The translations under genes were made by a program, and so were the position numbers. The notes beneath the pieces were generated by a model that searched no databases, was not told the DNA's origin, and worked only from the letters and a program-made list of their open reading frames with translations. Of a DNA stretch of 64,000 nt, positions 48,501 through 61,400 are shown one piece after another. Every line of letters begins with the position of its first letter. The first letter of the stretch is position 1. The stretch is from Haliotis cracherodii (taxonomy: Eukaryota), in assembly GCF_022045235.1 (NCBI RefSeq), contig NW_027266341.1, positions 9,982,001 to 10,046,000 on the forward strand. Direction: 5' to 3'.

Positions 48501-51500
48501 ACCATCAGAGACAGACAGAACACAGCTACATCCACACACCCAGCATCTAGGGGCACCTGCATATACATCCACATACCCGGCATCTAGGGGCACCTGCATA
48601 TACATCCACACACCCGGCATCTAGGGGCACCTGCATATACATCCACACACCCAGCATCTAGGGGCACCTGCATATACATCCACACACCCAGCATCTAGGG
48701 GCACCTGCATATACATCCACACACCCAGCATCTAGGGGCACCTGCATATACATCCACACACTCGGCATCTAGGGGCACCTGCATATACATCCACACACCC
48801 GGCATCTAGGGGCACCTGCATATACATCCACACACCCAGCATCTAGGGGCACCTGCATATACATCCACACACTCAGCATCTAGGGGCACCTGCATATACA
48901 TCCACACACCCAGCATCTAGGGGCACCTGCATATACATCCACACACCTGGCATCTAGGAACACCTGCATATACAACATGTGTTGATATAAACTGTTTACC
49001 ACATAAAACCACTTACCTTTGACATATCACACGCAGTGACTCTTTCATTGACTGAGACAAGGTCAAAGGAATGAACTTTGACCCCAGAGATACTTTGAGC
49101 CAGTCTTGCACTTCCACATCCTAAATCTGCAATGACAGTCTTTGGGGTTCTGAAAAAATACAGTCCAACATTATCATGTTCATAAGCATACTATCTATGG
49201 TTGTCTCGCTTGTCTCAGACTTACAGTTAGCGTTGGGAATCAATTGGGAATTTATCATTTATCAGTTTGTTCAAACTTGTTAGTTTCTATTACTTAAAAT
49301 ACTTGATTTGTTGAATATTGATGATCATGATGATAAATATGTGTTCATGTGTAATTGTTCACAGATCAAAAAAATGTTCGAATACCGTATTTTATATATT
49401 TTGAATAAATAATATTCAAAGGGGAATCCTGGTTAGAATTGGTCCATAGCAACCTATCCTTGTTGGAACAGGCAACTAAATCGATCGATGATCTTCCTCA
49501 GTGATTTAGTTGATTGCGTGCCATCACTCCCTGACAATCTGAAATGCTGCACACATTAATCACTGGATCCCCTGGTCCAGACCTAATTCTATACAACCTG
49601 TCGCCATACAGCCAGAGTAAGCTTTTAAGTTTGGTTTAACACCGTTTTGAACAGCATTCCAGTTATTATTACATCAAGGTGAGACAGATTGATGTGGGAA
49701 GGGATGCATGTCTCAGACGTTTACCATTTCAGTGAAACCCATTAGTGGGTATGGTGCAGACAAACCTAGAAGCATAAACTGGCGAACCAGGACTCGAACC
49801 CATGATCATCATAGGTCTCTGGCGTGCCCAAGGTAGGTAACTCTGCACACAGAATTGTAGCACCTTATTGCTAGAATATTCTGAGTGTGGTGTTAGACAA
49901 CAAAAAAAAAAAATGTGTGACCTTACTTATGCCTGGCGTTGATCTCGTTGATGATGATGTCCAGTGGATCGATTGGCCACTTGCTGACCTGTGACCTATA
50001 ACCTTCGTGATATACATGGAAGGCCTCCTCATCATCAGCAAACAGCTGCGCCGCCTCGGTGCCCGTTGTGGTGTACATCTGCTCATTGAGATAGCGGAAC
50101 CGCGCAGCTGACAGGCGTTCATGCATCCTGTCTGTTAAAGACTTCCCTTGGTTCCTGTCTCTCCTTTTCACTTTCTTCTCGAGGTCCTCCTTCAGAGTGT
50201 CCATCTTTTTCTTCTCAGAGGACATAATTTCTTTCAATTTCTTCACATCAAAATTTTCTTTTGGGGGAGTTTTTATTTTCGCGGGACTGCTTGAGGTGTC
50301 ACTTGTACCGTTTGTAAAACCCTTCTTTTTATTCACCTTCTTAGGTGTTTCTGTAACCTCCACTGATTTTCTCTTTTCTGTTTGTCCATTACCAGAATTT
50401 GTTTTCTTCACAGACTGTTTCTTATCAGAGGAAATGATCTCTTTCAATTTCTCCAAATCGAAACTGTGTTTCTTGGGAGTCTTCAACTTCGACACATTCC
50501 CAGAAACATCACTCTCAGATTTTGACTTTTTTTTCTGCTTCTTTCCACCACCACTTTTTTCAACAACATTATCTTCTGAATTCTCATCAGTTCTATTTTC
50601 ACTAAGTGTAGAGACATTCATATTCACTTTTTTATTTTTCACCTGTGGACTTGGACGATCAGAAACCTCTAAATTCTTCTTACGTTTCTTTTTCTTCTTT
50701 TTGTCTAAAGATTGTCCACTAACTGGCTTAGTTTCGCCAGTATCACCCATGTTTTTCTTTAACAAAACAAATTGGCCTTTCACATCTGGGTCTGAAGCTA
50801 CAGCCACACTGCTTGTGCTCCCATCGGTGCTGTCCGATTTTTTACTAGCATCAGCTAGATGTTTGTATTTGTTCTTCTTACATGTCTTCTTCTTATGCTT
50901 GTGTCTTCTTTCCTTCCTTGTCAGGGGGGTATCCCCTCCAACTCTACTTTCATCCTGCCCCTGGGTTTCTTGAATGTTTAGCTTCTTAGATGCTGACTCA
51001 TCATCTTTGTCTTTTTCTCTACTTATTTTTTTCCTTTTTAATTTCTTCTTCTTGTCACCTTGGGAATTTTCAGACTGATCAGGTTTTGCAACATTTTCTT
51101 GTGAATTAGGCACATTTTGTTTCTTTTTCTTCTTTTTCTTTTTAGCTTTTCCCTCGCTGCTGATATCCCCAGCACTTTCTGGAGATACTGATATTTTCTT
51201 CTTCTTCTTCTTGCTCACTGAATGACTGTCCTTGTGAAGGTTTTGTTTTCCAGATTTTGCTACTACTGGTGTAATGTTTGTATTTCTCTCCTCACTGTTC
51301 TTATTTTTCTTTTTCTTCTTCGGCGTAGGACTGGTTTCGTCAGCATGTTTTCTCTTCACGGGAGACTTTGTGTCACTGGTGTTTGACAAGTTTGGATCAG
51401 AATGCTTCGACTTCTTTTTCTGAAAATACAAGTGTAATCAAATATGTTTTTTCAGAGCAGATTTCAGTGAATACTGGACCCATTACCGGTAAATATGATA

Positions 51501-52767
51501 ACCCAGGCATAAGATATATACAGTCAAGTCCCATTAATCTGACATTGTTGGTTGCATATGATTATGTCGGATTAACGAGTATGCCAGATAAACAAAATTA
51601 GGTAGTACAAACAATCGTGATTGAAAATTAGACAACTACACGATAGATAACGATATGAACACCTAGGAAAAGGAAAAGTGAAATATACATATTGTTGAGT
51701 TACATTGTCAGATTTTCTAATCATGCAACCACTAAAGTAACACAAAACTACTGTTAAGGACTGTCTGAGCGATTCAAACTTGACTGATTTTTAAAGCATA
51801 GATTTTGTATCCGATTTTAATGAGATTAGGTAATCTAGGCAAGTGATTAATCTGTTTTGTTTATTTAAAGCAGTAATTGTTTATTGTTAAGCAAGTTTAT
51901 CTCTGCAGCAGTTGAAATATGCAGCTACTCGCTGCGGGGCTGTGTACTTGCGGGCAGATGACCATGGAGTACGCTGATCACTGTGTTGGATTAATGAGAC
52001 TGATTAATGAGTGATTTCAGCAATTCGTTGCAAATTAGGTGTGTCGGAGTCGGAGTGCGAGACTGTCGGATTAATGGGTCTAAATAGCACTGATTAAATC
52101 GGTTCCCATCATTTGTGTCGGATAAAGCCGATTGTCAGATAAACGAGTGTCGGATTAACAAGACTTGACTGTATACAACCATGGGATCCCATTTGCTCAG
52201 AAATGTTTGTTTGCTGTGAAACGCTGTACTGGTACTCAGCAATATTCTAGCATTGGGCCAATCACACAGAGACACAGATATATGACAGATATTATGAGCA
52301 CCGATCAACGCTGTTGGGGTACGATGACATGCATTCAACCACTAAGCCTGCTCAAATTAGTAAGTGTTTCAATGAGTGAATGAGTGAGTGAGTGAGTGAG
52401 TGGATGGGTGAGTGAGTGAGTGAGGAAGGATGGCCTTCCAACAATGTACCCATGCAGGGAATTGAACCCAGGCATGACTAGTGAATACTTTAACCACTAG
52501 GCTACCCCACTACCTATTGTTCAATCTGAAGCACTGAAGTCACAGTTTGTGATATGTAAATTAATAATATTTCTTACATCAAGTAAGACCTTAACAAGTA
52601 GCATTGATGTTGTATAAGTGGACTTTCAGTAAAATGCCCACGGCAAAAGAATCTTTCCTGACATTACTGACCTTATTTCTCGGAGGAGTTGGTGTGACAG
52701 GGTCAAACAGAGAAGACGCAAGATGGGCCGCCTCGCCATCCACATTCCAGTCCTCGTTGTCAAACAT
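45486..52767 (-). CDS. RRP8: Ribosomal RNA-processing protein 8 / nucleomethylin (SAM-dependent rRNA m1A methyltransferase); complete, 6 coding exons, 679 aa
   Basis: Exons 52672-52767, 49927-51419, 49017-49149, 47870-47976, 46261-46357, 45486-45599; GT-AG, total 2040 nt. Motifs [25 protein letters not shown] motif [30 protein letters not shown] and terminal PCIYKKR. Long Lys-rich N-terminal region. Confidence 0.96.
46504..47211. mobile_element. MITE with TIRs of about 100 bp, carrying a nested Tigger-like MITE (46595-46768)
   Basis: Outer TIR CTGAAGG..TTATCGTCGGCACAGATACTACAGAAAT... is mirrored at about 47105-47211. The inner CAGTAGACTA...TAGTTTACTG element with TA duplication splits the left TIR. 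Confidence 0.8.
47320..47669. mobile_element. Long-TIR MITE with 10-bp TSD (Mutator-like)
   Basis: TIRs of about 80 bp starting CAATCTCATTAAAATCAGATCTTAG; TSD CAAAATGTCA (47310-47319 and 47670-47679). Confidence 0.85.
47923..48980. repeat. Compound minisatellite (78-bp and 37-bp units) containing the RRP8 acceptor site and exon start
   Basis: About 20 copies of minus-strand ATATGCAG|GTGCCCCTAGATGC; it fills nearly the whole intron 47977-49016. Confidence 0.95.
51521..52171. mobile_element. Tigger/pogo-like MITE in an RRP8 intron
   Basis: TA|CAGTCAAGTC...GACTTGACTG|TA termini and repeated GTCGGATTAA subterminal motifs. Confidence 0.8.
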
Positions 52768-52820
52768 TGCTGTACTCTGTCCTGTACTCAGCTCTCTCTG
52801 TCAGCATGCATCAGTTGGCA

Positions 52821-53470
52821 GACCTGCAGACGTGAGGGAGTTAGTGAGTGGACGAGTGAGTGAGTGAGTGAGTGACCTGCAGACGTGAGTGAGTTAGTGA
52901 CCTGCTGAAGTGAGTGAGTGAGTGAGTGACCTGCTGAAGTGAATGAGTGAGTGAGTGAGTGACCTGCTGAAGTGAGTTAGTGACCTGCTGAAGTGAATGA
53001 GTGAGTGAGTGAGTGACCTGCTGAAGTGAGTGAGTGACCTGCTGAAGTGAGTGAGTGAGTGACCTGCCGAAGTAAGTGAGTGAGTGATCTGCCGAGTGAG
53101 TGAGTGAGTGACCTGCCGAAGTGAGTGAGTGACCTGCTGAAGTGAGTGAGTGAGTGACCTGCCGAAGTAAGTGAGTGAGTGAGTGATCTGCCGAGTGAGT
53201 GACCTGTCGAAGTAAGTGAGTGAGTGAGTGAGTGACCTGCCGAAGTGAGTGACCTGCCGAGGTGAGTGAGTGAGTGATCTGCCGAAGTAAGTGAGTGAGT
53301 GAGTGAGTGACCTGCCGAAGTGAACGATCTGCCGAGTGAGTGAGTGAGTGACCTGCCGAAGTGAGTGACCTGCCGAAGTGAGTGAGTGAGTGACCTGCCG
53401 AAGTGAGTGAGTGAGTGACCTGCCGAAGTGAGTGAGTGAGTGACCTGCTGAAGTGAGTGAGTGAGTGAGT
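52821..53470. repeat. Compound (GAGT)n / GACCTGC(C/T)GAAGT repeat at the acceptor of the first RRP8 coding exon
   Basis: Expanded tail of the family-B SINE at 53471-53625, interleaved with copies of the minus-strand GCAG|GTC junction. Confidence 0.9.
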
Positions 53471-55059
53471 ACACATTTAAGCTTAAGCTGCTTTGGCCAA
53501 TATTCCAGCAATATCACGACAGGTAACACCGGAAATGGACTTTACACATTGTGCCCCTGTATGGAATTGAACCTGGGTCTTCGGCGAGACAAGTGAACGC
53601 TTTAACTACTAGGCTACCCCTATACCCACCTACACAAGTAAACAGCCAGCATGACAACAGTGGAATCTGTCAAAATTATAGACCATATCGGATCTCTGTC
53701 AACGAAACCTAGACCATTCCAAACCTCTGTCAACAAACAGTCAACACAGGACCAAATGTATGGTCTTCTACTTACTGGCACTGTGTTTTTTTATCATAAT
53801 AAGGCTTGTATTTGGCCTGTCTGTACTTATCTCAGTGTATGTGCATTTGTTTACAAACAAGAGAAAAGTCTGGTCATGTGATAAGTCTATGCCTGCAGTG
53901 TCGCCACTGGAGCAGAAATTCATAATGCGGAATAAGGCAAGCAGAGCTGAATAATCTAGGGGGTAATCAGCTTTTGTTTACAAACTATGCTTCAGAATGG
54001 TCAACACCCGGTCCCTTTAAAGCCTTCCAAAGGTCCCGTAGAGTCAAAAATGTAAATTTTCAAGGGTAAAAAGTAAGGCCCAAGAATGGCTCTATTTGTA
54101 CATTCAAATACACAACAAAAACAAGTCAGTCAACACACCATTTTTCTGAGTTATAGACAATTCTTTTGATGATGTCATCAACCATTAATACAGAAACCAT
54201 GAATGTAACTTCTATTTAACAGAACGGTTAACAACACTGGCCAAATTCATGACATATCTGATCAAATTTTCAAGAAAAAATACAAATAATATAAAACTAA
54301 GGCCTGAAAACGGGTAGCCTGCCAAATTTCAGGCATTTGTCAAGGGGGACATAGATCAGGATTGGCAGTACTAGAAAGTTTGATCAAAATCAATCACTAC
54401 ACACACAATATCTCAATAAAATATGACACATAGAGTCTAGTCGTCGTGGATGCTCCCTGCACAAACTCTGCTTTCTGAGGAAAGCCGGTAGTATGAGATA
54501 TCTGCCATTAAACAGATCTTAAACATGTTAAACGTTTGAAATGTTTGATAGGCATTACCATGGACCCTAAATATCGTATTAAGTGTCCATGCCATTACTT
54601 CGAAGTGGACGGATGTCAAAGTAGACAAAATTTGTGGACAACAACTTCTTTATTCATAAACTGTGTCTACTTTGTCATGTTAACTTGCTGTTGTCCCTTA
54701 TGCCTTTTATCAACTGGAAATTTTAAAAGTACGTCCAACAATATATTGATAGCATCGTGTACGTGTGACGTAAACTTATAGAATGAATTGAATAGAAGTC
54801 AAAGGAAAATGAACAACGAAACTGAAAAATACATGTGACGGTGTGGTCTCCAAACGAAACATCAAAAGCATCCTGCATGTAATAACTGACCAGATTCTAC
54901 CCAAACGTACCGTTATATTTACAAGCACATGTTTTCACATTTGCACGTTTCAGTGTTTACGATATTTAATTACACACCAATTGCCTCCCTTATGTATAAC
55001 AAAAAGCGCGAAAATCGAAACACGACTTATTCGAGTTGTTGATCTCATTCCGGATTACA

Positions 55060-55445
55060 ACTCTCACCTACATAAAAACGGAAGTACAACTTCGCCATGT
55101 CAATCATAGACCCGATAACCCATTTTGACGAAACCATTATTACACTCGATTATCCATTTTTGCACACATTACAATCGGAAAGCCCTCAAGCTTGAAAGAA
55201 TGTCAACAATTTGATGATTTCGAGTTTCATGCGATCTACAAAAGCCATGGATAATTTGGAAACGTAAAATATCACCCCAGTGAAGGATTTACAAGCTGGT
55301 ATCCGTGTGAGCTTAAATAAGACCTCATTCTTACACCGACAGTGAGAATACTCCCGCTTACTCCGGAAACCGCTTCCAAGTTTCCAAGGAGGTCAAGCTT
55401 GGGTGTTATTTATTTCGGAAACTTTATTTACCTCAACAAGCAATC
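55060..55445. promoter_or_regulatory. Putative bidirectional promoter shared by RRP8 and ILK
   Basis: Divergent genes. Candidate RRP8 non-coding exon donor (TAG|GTGAGA, minus strand) at 55067/55068 would join the acceptor at 52823/52824. ETS-like CGGAAGT at 55079-55085 and YY1-like CGCCATGT at 55093-55100. Transcription starts cannot be seen from sequence. Confidence 0.55.
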
Positions 55446-58400
55446 ATGGATGATATTTTCACGCAAGTGCGAGAAGGCAATGCCTTCCATGTACGAGTAT
55501 GGCTGGATAACACCGAGAACGATCTGAACCAAGGGTAAGGTTTGGTTTTATAGGCCTAACACACACAGTTCCATGAATCATAATGATAAAGTGTTTGTCG
55601 TAGTAATGAATTTATGTACATTATAACATATTGTTACACCCGTAAGCGCCAGTGCAGCAATTGGCACATACAATCTATATCAAACATTGTTAATGGTCTG
55701 TTTTATTAGATAGAAGAAGAGCACCTGTTCTATTTATAGCATCAAGTTGTTGAAATGAGCTAAAAACGGATTCTGATTGGCTCAGCTTTTGCAACCAAAA
55801 AGGAGATAGAGGCAGGAGTCCATCCCTGTTACTCATTGACTTACTGGTCCTTTAACGGGATGGAGCAGGTTGTTGATACAGGGGTGTGGGGGAAATATAA
55901 ATAAACATAACTATGTGTACTTCTGGAATATAACTTTCACACTGAACACATACACATATGTGATGCTGAATGTGTGTACTTTAGATTCTCACAGAAACTC
56001 TCATCTTTATTATACATATTATATATGTATCTGGTGTTACTGCCATAGGTGAATGGCTTACTTTTTAATTTTATTATCTTTTTTTTTTCCAGAAATATTC
56101 ATGTTTAAATGAGGATATGAAATTAACTAGCTCGATTAGTCATGTTACCAGACGTTTGAAAGGTAAATCTGTATTCGGAAGCAGCATATTACATGCACAG
56201 TTTCAGCCCGAAATACAGAGTAAAGGTAGCACAGATTTGACACATTTTATTTCATGAAAAATTAATGTAGTAAATTTCTAACCATAAATTTGGCCCAGTA
56301 TGGAAAAGATCCAGATGAGTAAGGTTTTGACAGATTCACTCACCCGCGTTCTGTGTTTTCGAGGCCTTAGAAGTATTTCTCATTATGTATCTAGTAACAA
56401 TCGCAATACACTAAAATTAAGTCTTACCTTTGAGAACATTTATTTCTGTTACAATTGGATAGTCAAATAACCACATCTTGTCAATTTAATCGTGAAAATG
56501 CCTCGCCAAGCGAGACAAGTCAATCAGGTGCCATCTTGTTACCGTCACCTTTTTTCGGCCCCTCCATGACAGTCAAGTTAAAAATAGATCCACAACATGA
56601 TCAGCCACATGACATTACAGACAGGAAGTTTACAAATAGCAGCAGATATATCATCGGTGCATACAATTGTTGTGGTGCAAAATTATCATCAGGTCAAGTT
56701 TGATTAAAATGTGAAAAAGTAAGCTTTGAGGTATGTTTGCATTACTTATTGAATATCTTACCTTGTTAAGCTTAATTTGTAACTTAACTTCAGCGATTAG
56801 TTGCGAACACTTTGGCGTCTTAAGTGAGCTGTGAACGTCTACCTTGATTACATCATTAAGCACATGGCTATGTATTGTTAAGGGGCTCGAAAAGAGGTGA
56901 GGCTTGAAAACGTGTTAGGTGGGGATTTGGGCAGGGATGGGTAACTCGGGTACCCAGGTTGGGTGGGTACTGAGTAGGACCTGGGTACCCACAGGACTAC
57001 CCGGACCCGTGGATGTGACGGGAGTAGCGGTCAAACTATTCCGAATCAGACATGTTTTACTTATCTCTTGAGACCTACAGCAGGTACCCGGGTAGGGTCG
57101 GGTAATAGGGGAGTGGGTACCCAGGTAGTCAATTTTGACTCACCCCAACCCTAGTGGGGATATACAAAACCTCAAATATGATGCAGTGGTACACAGTTCA
57201 GAGATTTGTTGACATGATAAGGGTTTTACCAAATGCAAAATAGTGTGTCCTATACCAATATAAATGGAGAAGGGACAAAATGATGTTCACTGTCACATCC
57301 AGGGAGACAAATGTGTAGACCTTGCTTGCAGTAAAATGCGACTATGCTTGCCGTAAAAGGCGACTATGCTTGCCGTAAAAGGTGACTATGCTTGTCGTAA
57401 AAGGCGACTAACGGGATCAGGTGGTCAGGCTCGCTGACTTGGTTGATGCATGTCATTGATCCCAATTGCGTGGATCGATGCTCACAATATTAATCACTGG
57501 ATTGTCTGGTCAAGACTCGATTATTTACAGACCGCCGTCATATAGCTGGAATATTGCTGAGTGTGGCGTTAAACAACAAACAAACCAACCAACGACAAAT
57601 GTGTATGGCTGCAGGGTTCGAAATTCCAGCATTCCTTGTATGAAGAATGTCATTGGCACAGTTAAAGTAAGATGCCATTGCCAAAATGACGCACTAAGAA
57701 ATCATACGACACTGCTAATTTTGCTGTATAACGTTTCAGAGATGACCATCGGTTCAGTTTGTTGCACTGGGCAGCACGAGAGGGACGTACCAACATAGTC
57801 GACATGCTGATACAGCGAGGTGCTAGGATCAATGCCACCAACATGGGCGACGACACAGCGCTGCATCTGGCAGCTGGACACGGGCACCGGGATGTCGTCG
57901 TCATGGTGAGCAAGGGAGATAATGACCAGACATCTGAGTATCACTACAGAGGTCCAGATAAGATGCATATATGTGTAAATACGCAAAATACATCACCTTT
58001 ACCCAATTAATTTTAAGGTACTTGTGGGGCGGTCAGGTAGCCTAGTGGTTAAAACGTTCGCTCGTCACGCCGAAGAACCGGGTTCGATTCCCGACATGGG
58101 TACAATGTGTGAAGCCCATTTCTTGTGTCCTCACCACGATATTGATGGATTATTACTAAAAGCAACGTAAAACCATACTCACTCACTCACTCATTAAGGT
58201 ATTTGCGGACAAAGTGAGGTGAAATGGGGTTTAATGTCGCATTCAAGATTATCGCTTTGTGTGTGTGTGTGTGTTTGGACAAATGACGTTTTTATAGTCC
58301 TAGTCCACTGAGATACCATGGCACAGTTTAACATGAATACCCCACTTAGACACAGTATACTGACTCCGAGCCGACCAGTCCTTGTTTTAGCCCCTTAATG

Positions 58401-61400
58401 CTGAGCTCCATCTTTGGGTATGACGCAGCCGGGGGTCGAACCTTGATGTTTTAGCTCTTAATGTCGAGCACCAGACAGGGTTACAACAAGTACCATCTTT
58501 TAACATCCTTTTCGTATGACGTGTCTGGGGATCAAACCCTCCGCTCTCCAGGCAGATGCTTTACCACTAGACCACGGAGGCTGTCTCTTGTGTACTATAA
58601 CACATGAAGAATAACAGCACACTGTGTAATTACCCAATGTGTAATCCCAGTCATCCAGTCCCCAAGTGAATACTCATGGCACTACCTTATCATTACCTCA
58701 GTCAATGGATCCTTGTGCACTCAAATTTCATTCTCAGCTCCCTGGAAAATATATACAATCTAAGCTGCCTATGAGGCGCTAGAAGTCTAGCAGTCACATT
58801 TAAATCTCACCCTACTGGGTACCCATTCACTGCTGGGTGAGCAGAAGCATCCCTCAAACAAAGTCACTTGCCCAAGGAGACATCACATGTGCTTCATTGT
58901 GGGGCAGGACTGAAGCCCTAGACACTCTCATCCGACATGTGAAGATCTGGGGAAGAATAGGTCTTCAGCAACCCATGCTTGCCGTAAAAGGCGACTATGC
59001 TTGTCGTAAGAGGTGACTAACAGGATCGGGTGGTCAGGCTTGCTGAATTTGTTGTTGCATGTAATTGTATCCCAATTACGTGGATCGCTGCACATGATGT
59101 CAAATCACTGGATTGTCTGGTCCAGACTTGATTATTTACAGACCGCCATAGTATAGCTGGAATATTGCTGAGTGCAGCCTTGAACAACAAATAAATAAAC
59201 AAACAAACAAACAAACATTTGGCTAGAACTGTTGAATCGGCATTAGTGCAGACTAGTACCTGAAGCAACACACACAGACACACTTCCATGCACATCACTA
59301 TATTAAGGCGATATTAAATCTTCAACATGTTGAAAGCAACATTAAGCCGGATTTCACCTCACCTGGAATAATACTGAAAGTGACATCCAAGTCACTCACT
59401 CACTCACTCATTGTTTCAGCTCCTCCACAACAAAGCCAACATCAACGCCATCAATGAACATGGCAACACACCACTGCATTACGCCTGCTTCTGGGGATTT
59501 GACCAGATTGCTGAGGTAAGTAATACAAGTCTTAATTACAACTTTTATAGAACAGTAACGGTATGTTGCTGAATAATATATACTCCCCGCCAAAAGAAAC
59601 TCGAACCATAGAAACATGTAGTGACGTATGTACGTGAAGTAGAGATGTTTCCAATGTGTACCAATGGAATACAAAACTATCAATCAGTCAAGTGTTACCA
59701 CAGAGTGACTTCCTATTTACCATGATATGCTGCATGCGATTTCCAAACTTTAATGTTAAAAACCCAGTGCTAAGACTCAGTACTTACCATATGAATAATC
59801 CCAAATCCTTGTACTTTTGAAGTTCGTCTATAAGTGTGATGTAAGCAGCTGCAATTGTATCCAACAAATATGTCTTTTCTTCTGTCAGGATCTTGTCAAC
59901 AATGGAGCTCTGGTCAGCATTGCCAACAAATATGATGAAGTCCCACTCGATAAAGCAAAGCCATTTCTGACAAAGATGCTGAAAGGTAGGTTTTCTGACT
60001 AACACAGAACCAGCAGTATGGACGTTTCCCTGGTTATGGCCCAGGCCCCCTCCCATCTATTTGGAGGAACTGTTGAAGCAACCCCATGACCATATGTCAC
60101 TAGATGGGTATACTATAAGTTGTTGCAGGATCTGGAAGGGTACATGAGGATTTATGCGACCTGAGGCAAGGCGTCCTGCTACAATTAATTTATCTTACCG
60201 TCATGTTTTAATGTGACATTGTAAAAGAATTAACACAAATTTAAATTGATAGAAAACAGCTGTACGAATCAGCTGAGGTTAACTTGTGCTATGTAACGTA
60301 ACTTCCATTGACTTTGGGGGAAAAGTATGCAGGAAGCGGGGTTTAAGGGATTTATTCTGCCTCTGAGAAATGTACGTGCAGTCTGCATTGCTCCTGGCAG
60401 GGTATAAGAGATTTATTGCCTCACTGAGAAATTTATTCCCCTCCAAGGCGGGTTTACACAGTATTTTATCAAGATGACATGGGCCAATCAGACCTCGTCA
60501 TTCTGACATGGAGGTATGATAAAGACCTTACTTGTTGAATAGGCTGATACACCACAAGAACAAGGGGACACGTGTTACACATTTCTCATAACACATCCTG
60601 AGTTTTTCGGTGAACTATTGTGTGTGACAGTTTGATCTATCTTGTGACTGCCATAAGACTTTCAGCATGGTAACTTGAAGTGCCAACAGGGCCAAATGTG
60701 ACAAACAAGTGACGTCACACCAAACATTTTCACGTCATGATACTCATACAGGCAGGCCAACTGACTTAATGGGGTTTTACAAGATGGTAACTGGCCAGTC
60801 AAACAGCTACATTGTGTAACAAGTAGTGATAAGATCTTTTACTTTTGCTTTTGACCTTGATACAAGGGAGCAAAGCATTTGGTGCAGCACATCTAGGTTC
60901 CTTTAAGAAGACCGCCTCCGTGGTCTAGTGGTAGAGCGTCCGCCCGGAGAGCGGAAGGTCCGGAAAGTCCCGGCCGCGTCATACCTAAAGACGTTAAAAG
61001 GTGGTACTTCTTGTTACCCTGTCTGGCGCTCGGCATTAATGGGTTAAAGCAAGGACTGGTCGGCTCGGAGTCAGTATACTGTGTCTGAGTGGGGTATTCA
61101 TGTTAAACTGGGGCATGGTATCTCAGTGGGCNNNNNNNNNNNNNNNNNNNNNNNNNNNNNNNNNNNNNNNNNNNNNNNNNNNNNNNNNNNNNNNNNNNNN
61201 NNNNNNNNNNNNNNNNNNNNNNNNNNNNNNNNNNNNNNNNNNNNNNNNNNNNNNNNNNNNNNNNNNNNNNNNNNNNNNNNNNNNNNNNNNNNNNNNNNNN
61301 NNNNNNNNNNNNNNNNNNCCAATTTCACCTCACCTCCTTCATCAACATGATTGATTATGTTTCTCGGTTTCTCAGCACCATACCCATGCCTGTGGGTTCC

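Noticed and set aside
48025-48620. ORFs repeating [18 protein letters not shown]
   Set aside because: Products of the intronic tandem array, not independent genes or a second RRP8.
50197-50973. 258-aa Phe-rich plus-strand ORF
   Set aside because: Antisense shadow of the Lys-rich RRP8 exon.
52841-53529. Three overlapping 165-211 aa THSL-repeat ORFs
   Set aside because: Translation of a stop-poor (CACT)n compound microsatellite.
55068-55098. Possible uORF (MAKLYFRFYV...) in the RRP8 leader
   Set aside because: Depends on an unverified start site and leader exon; the ATG coincides with a YY1-like promoter motif.
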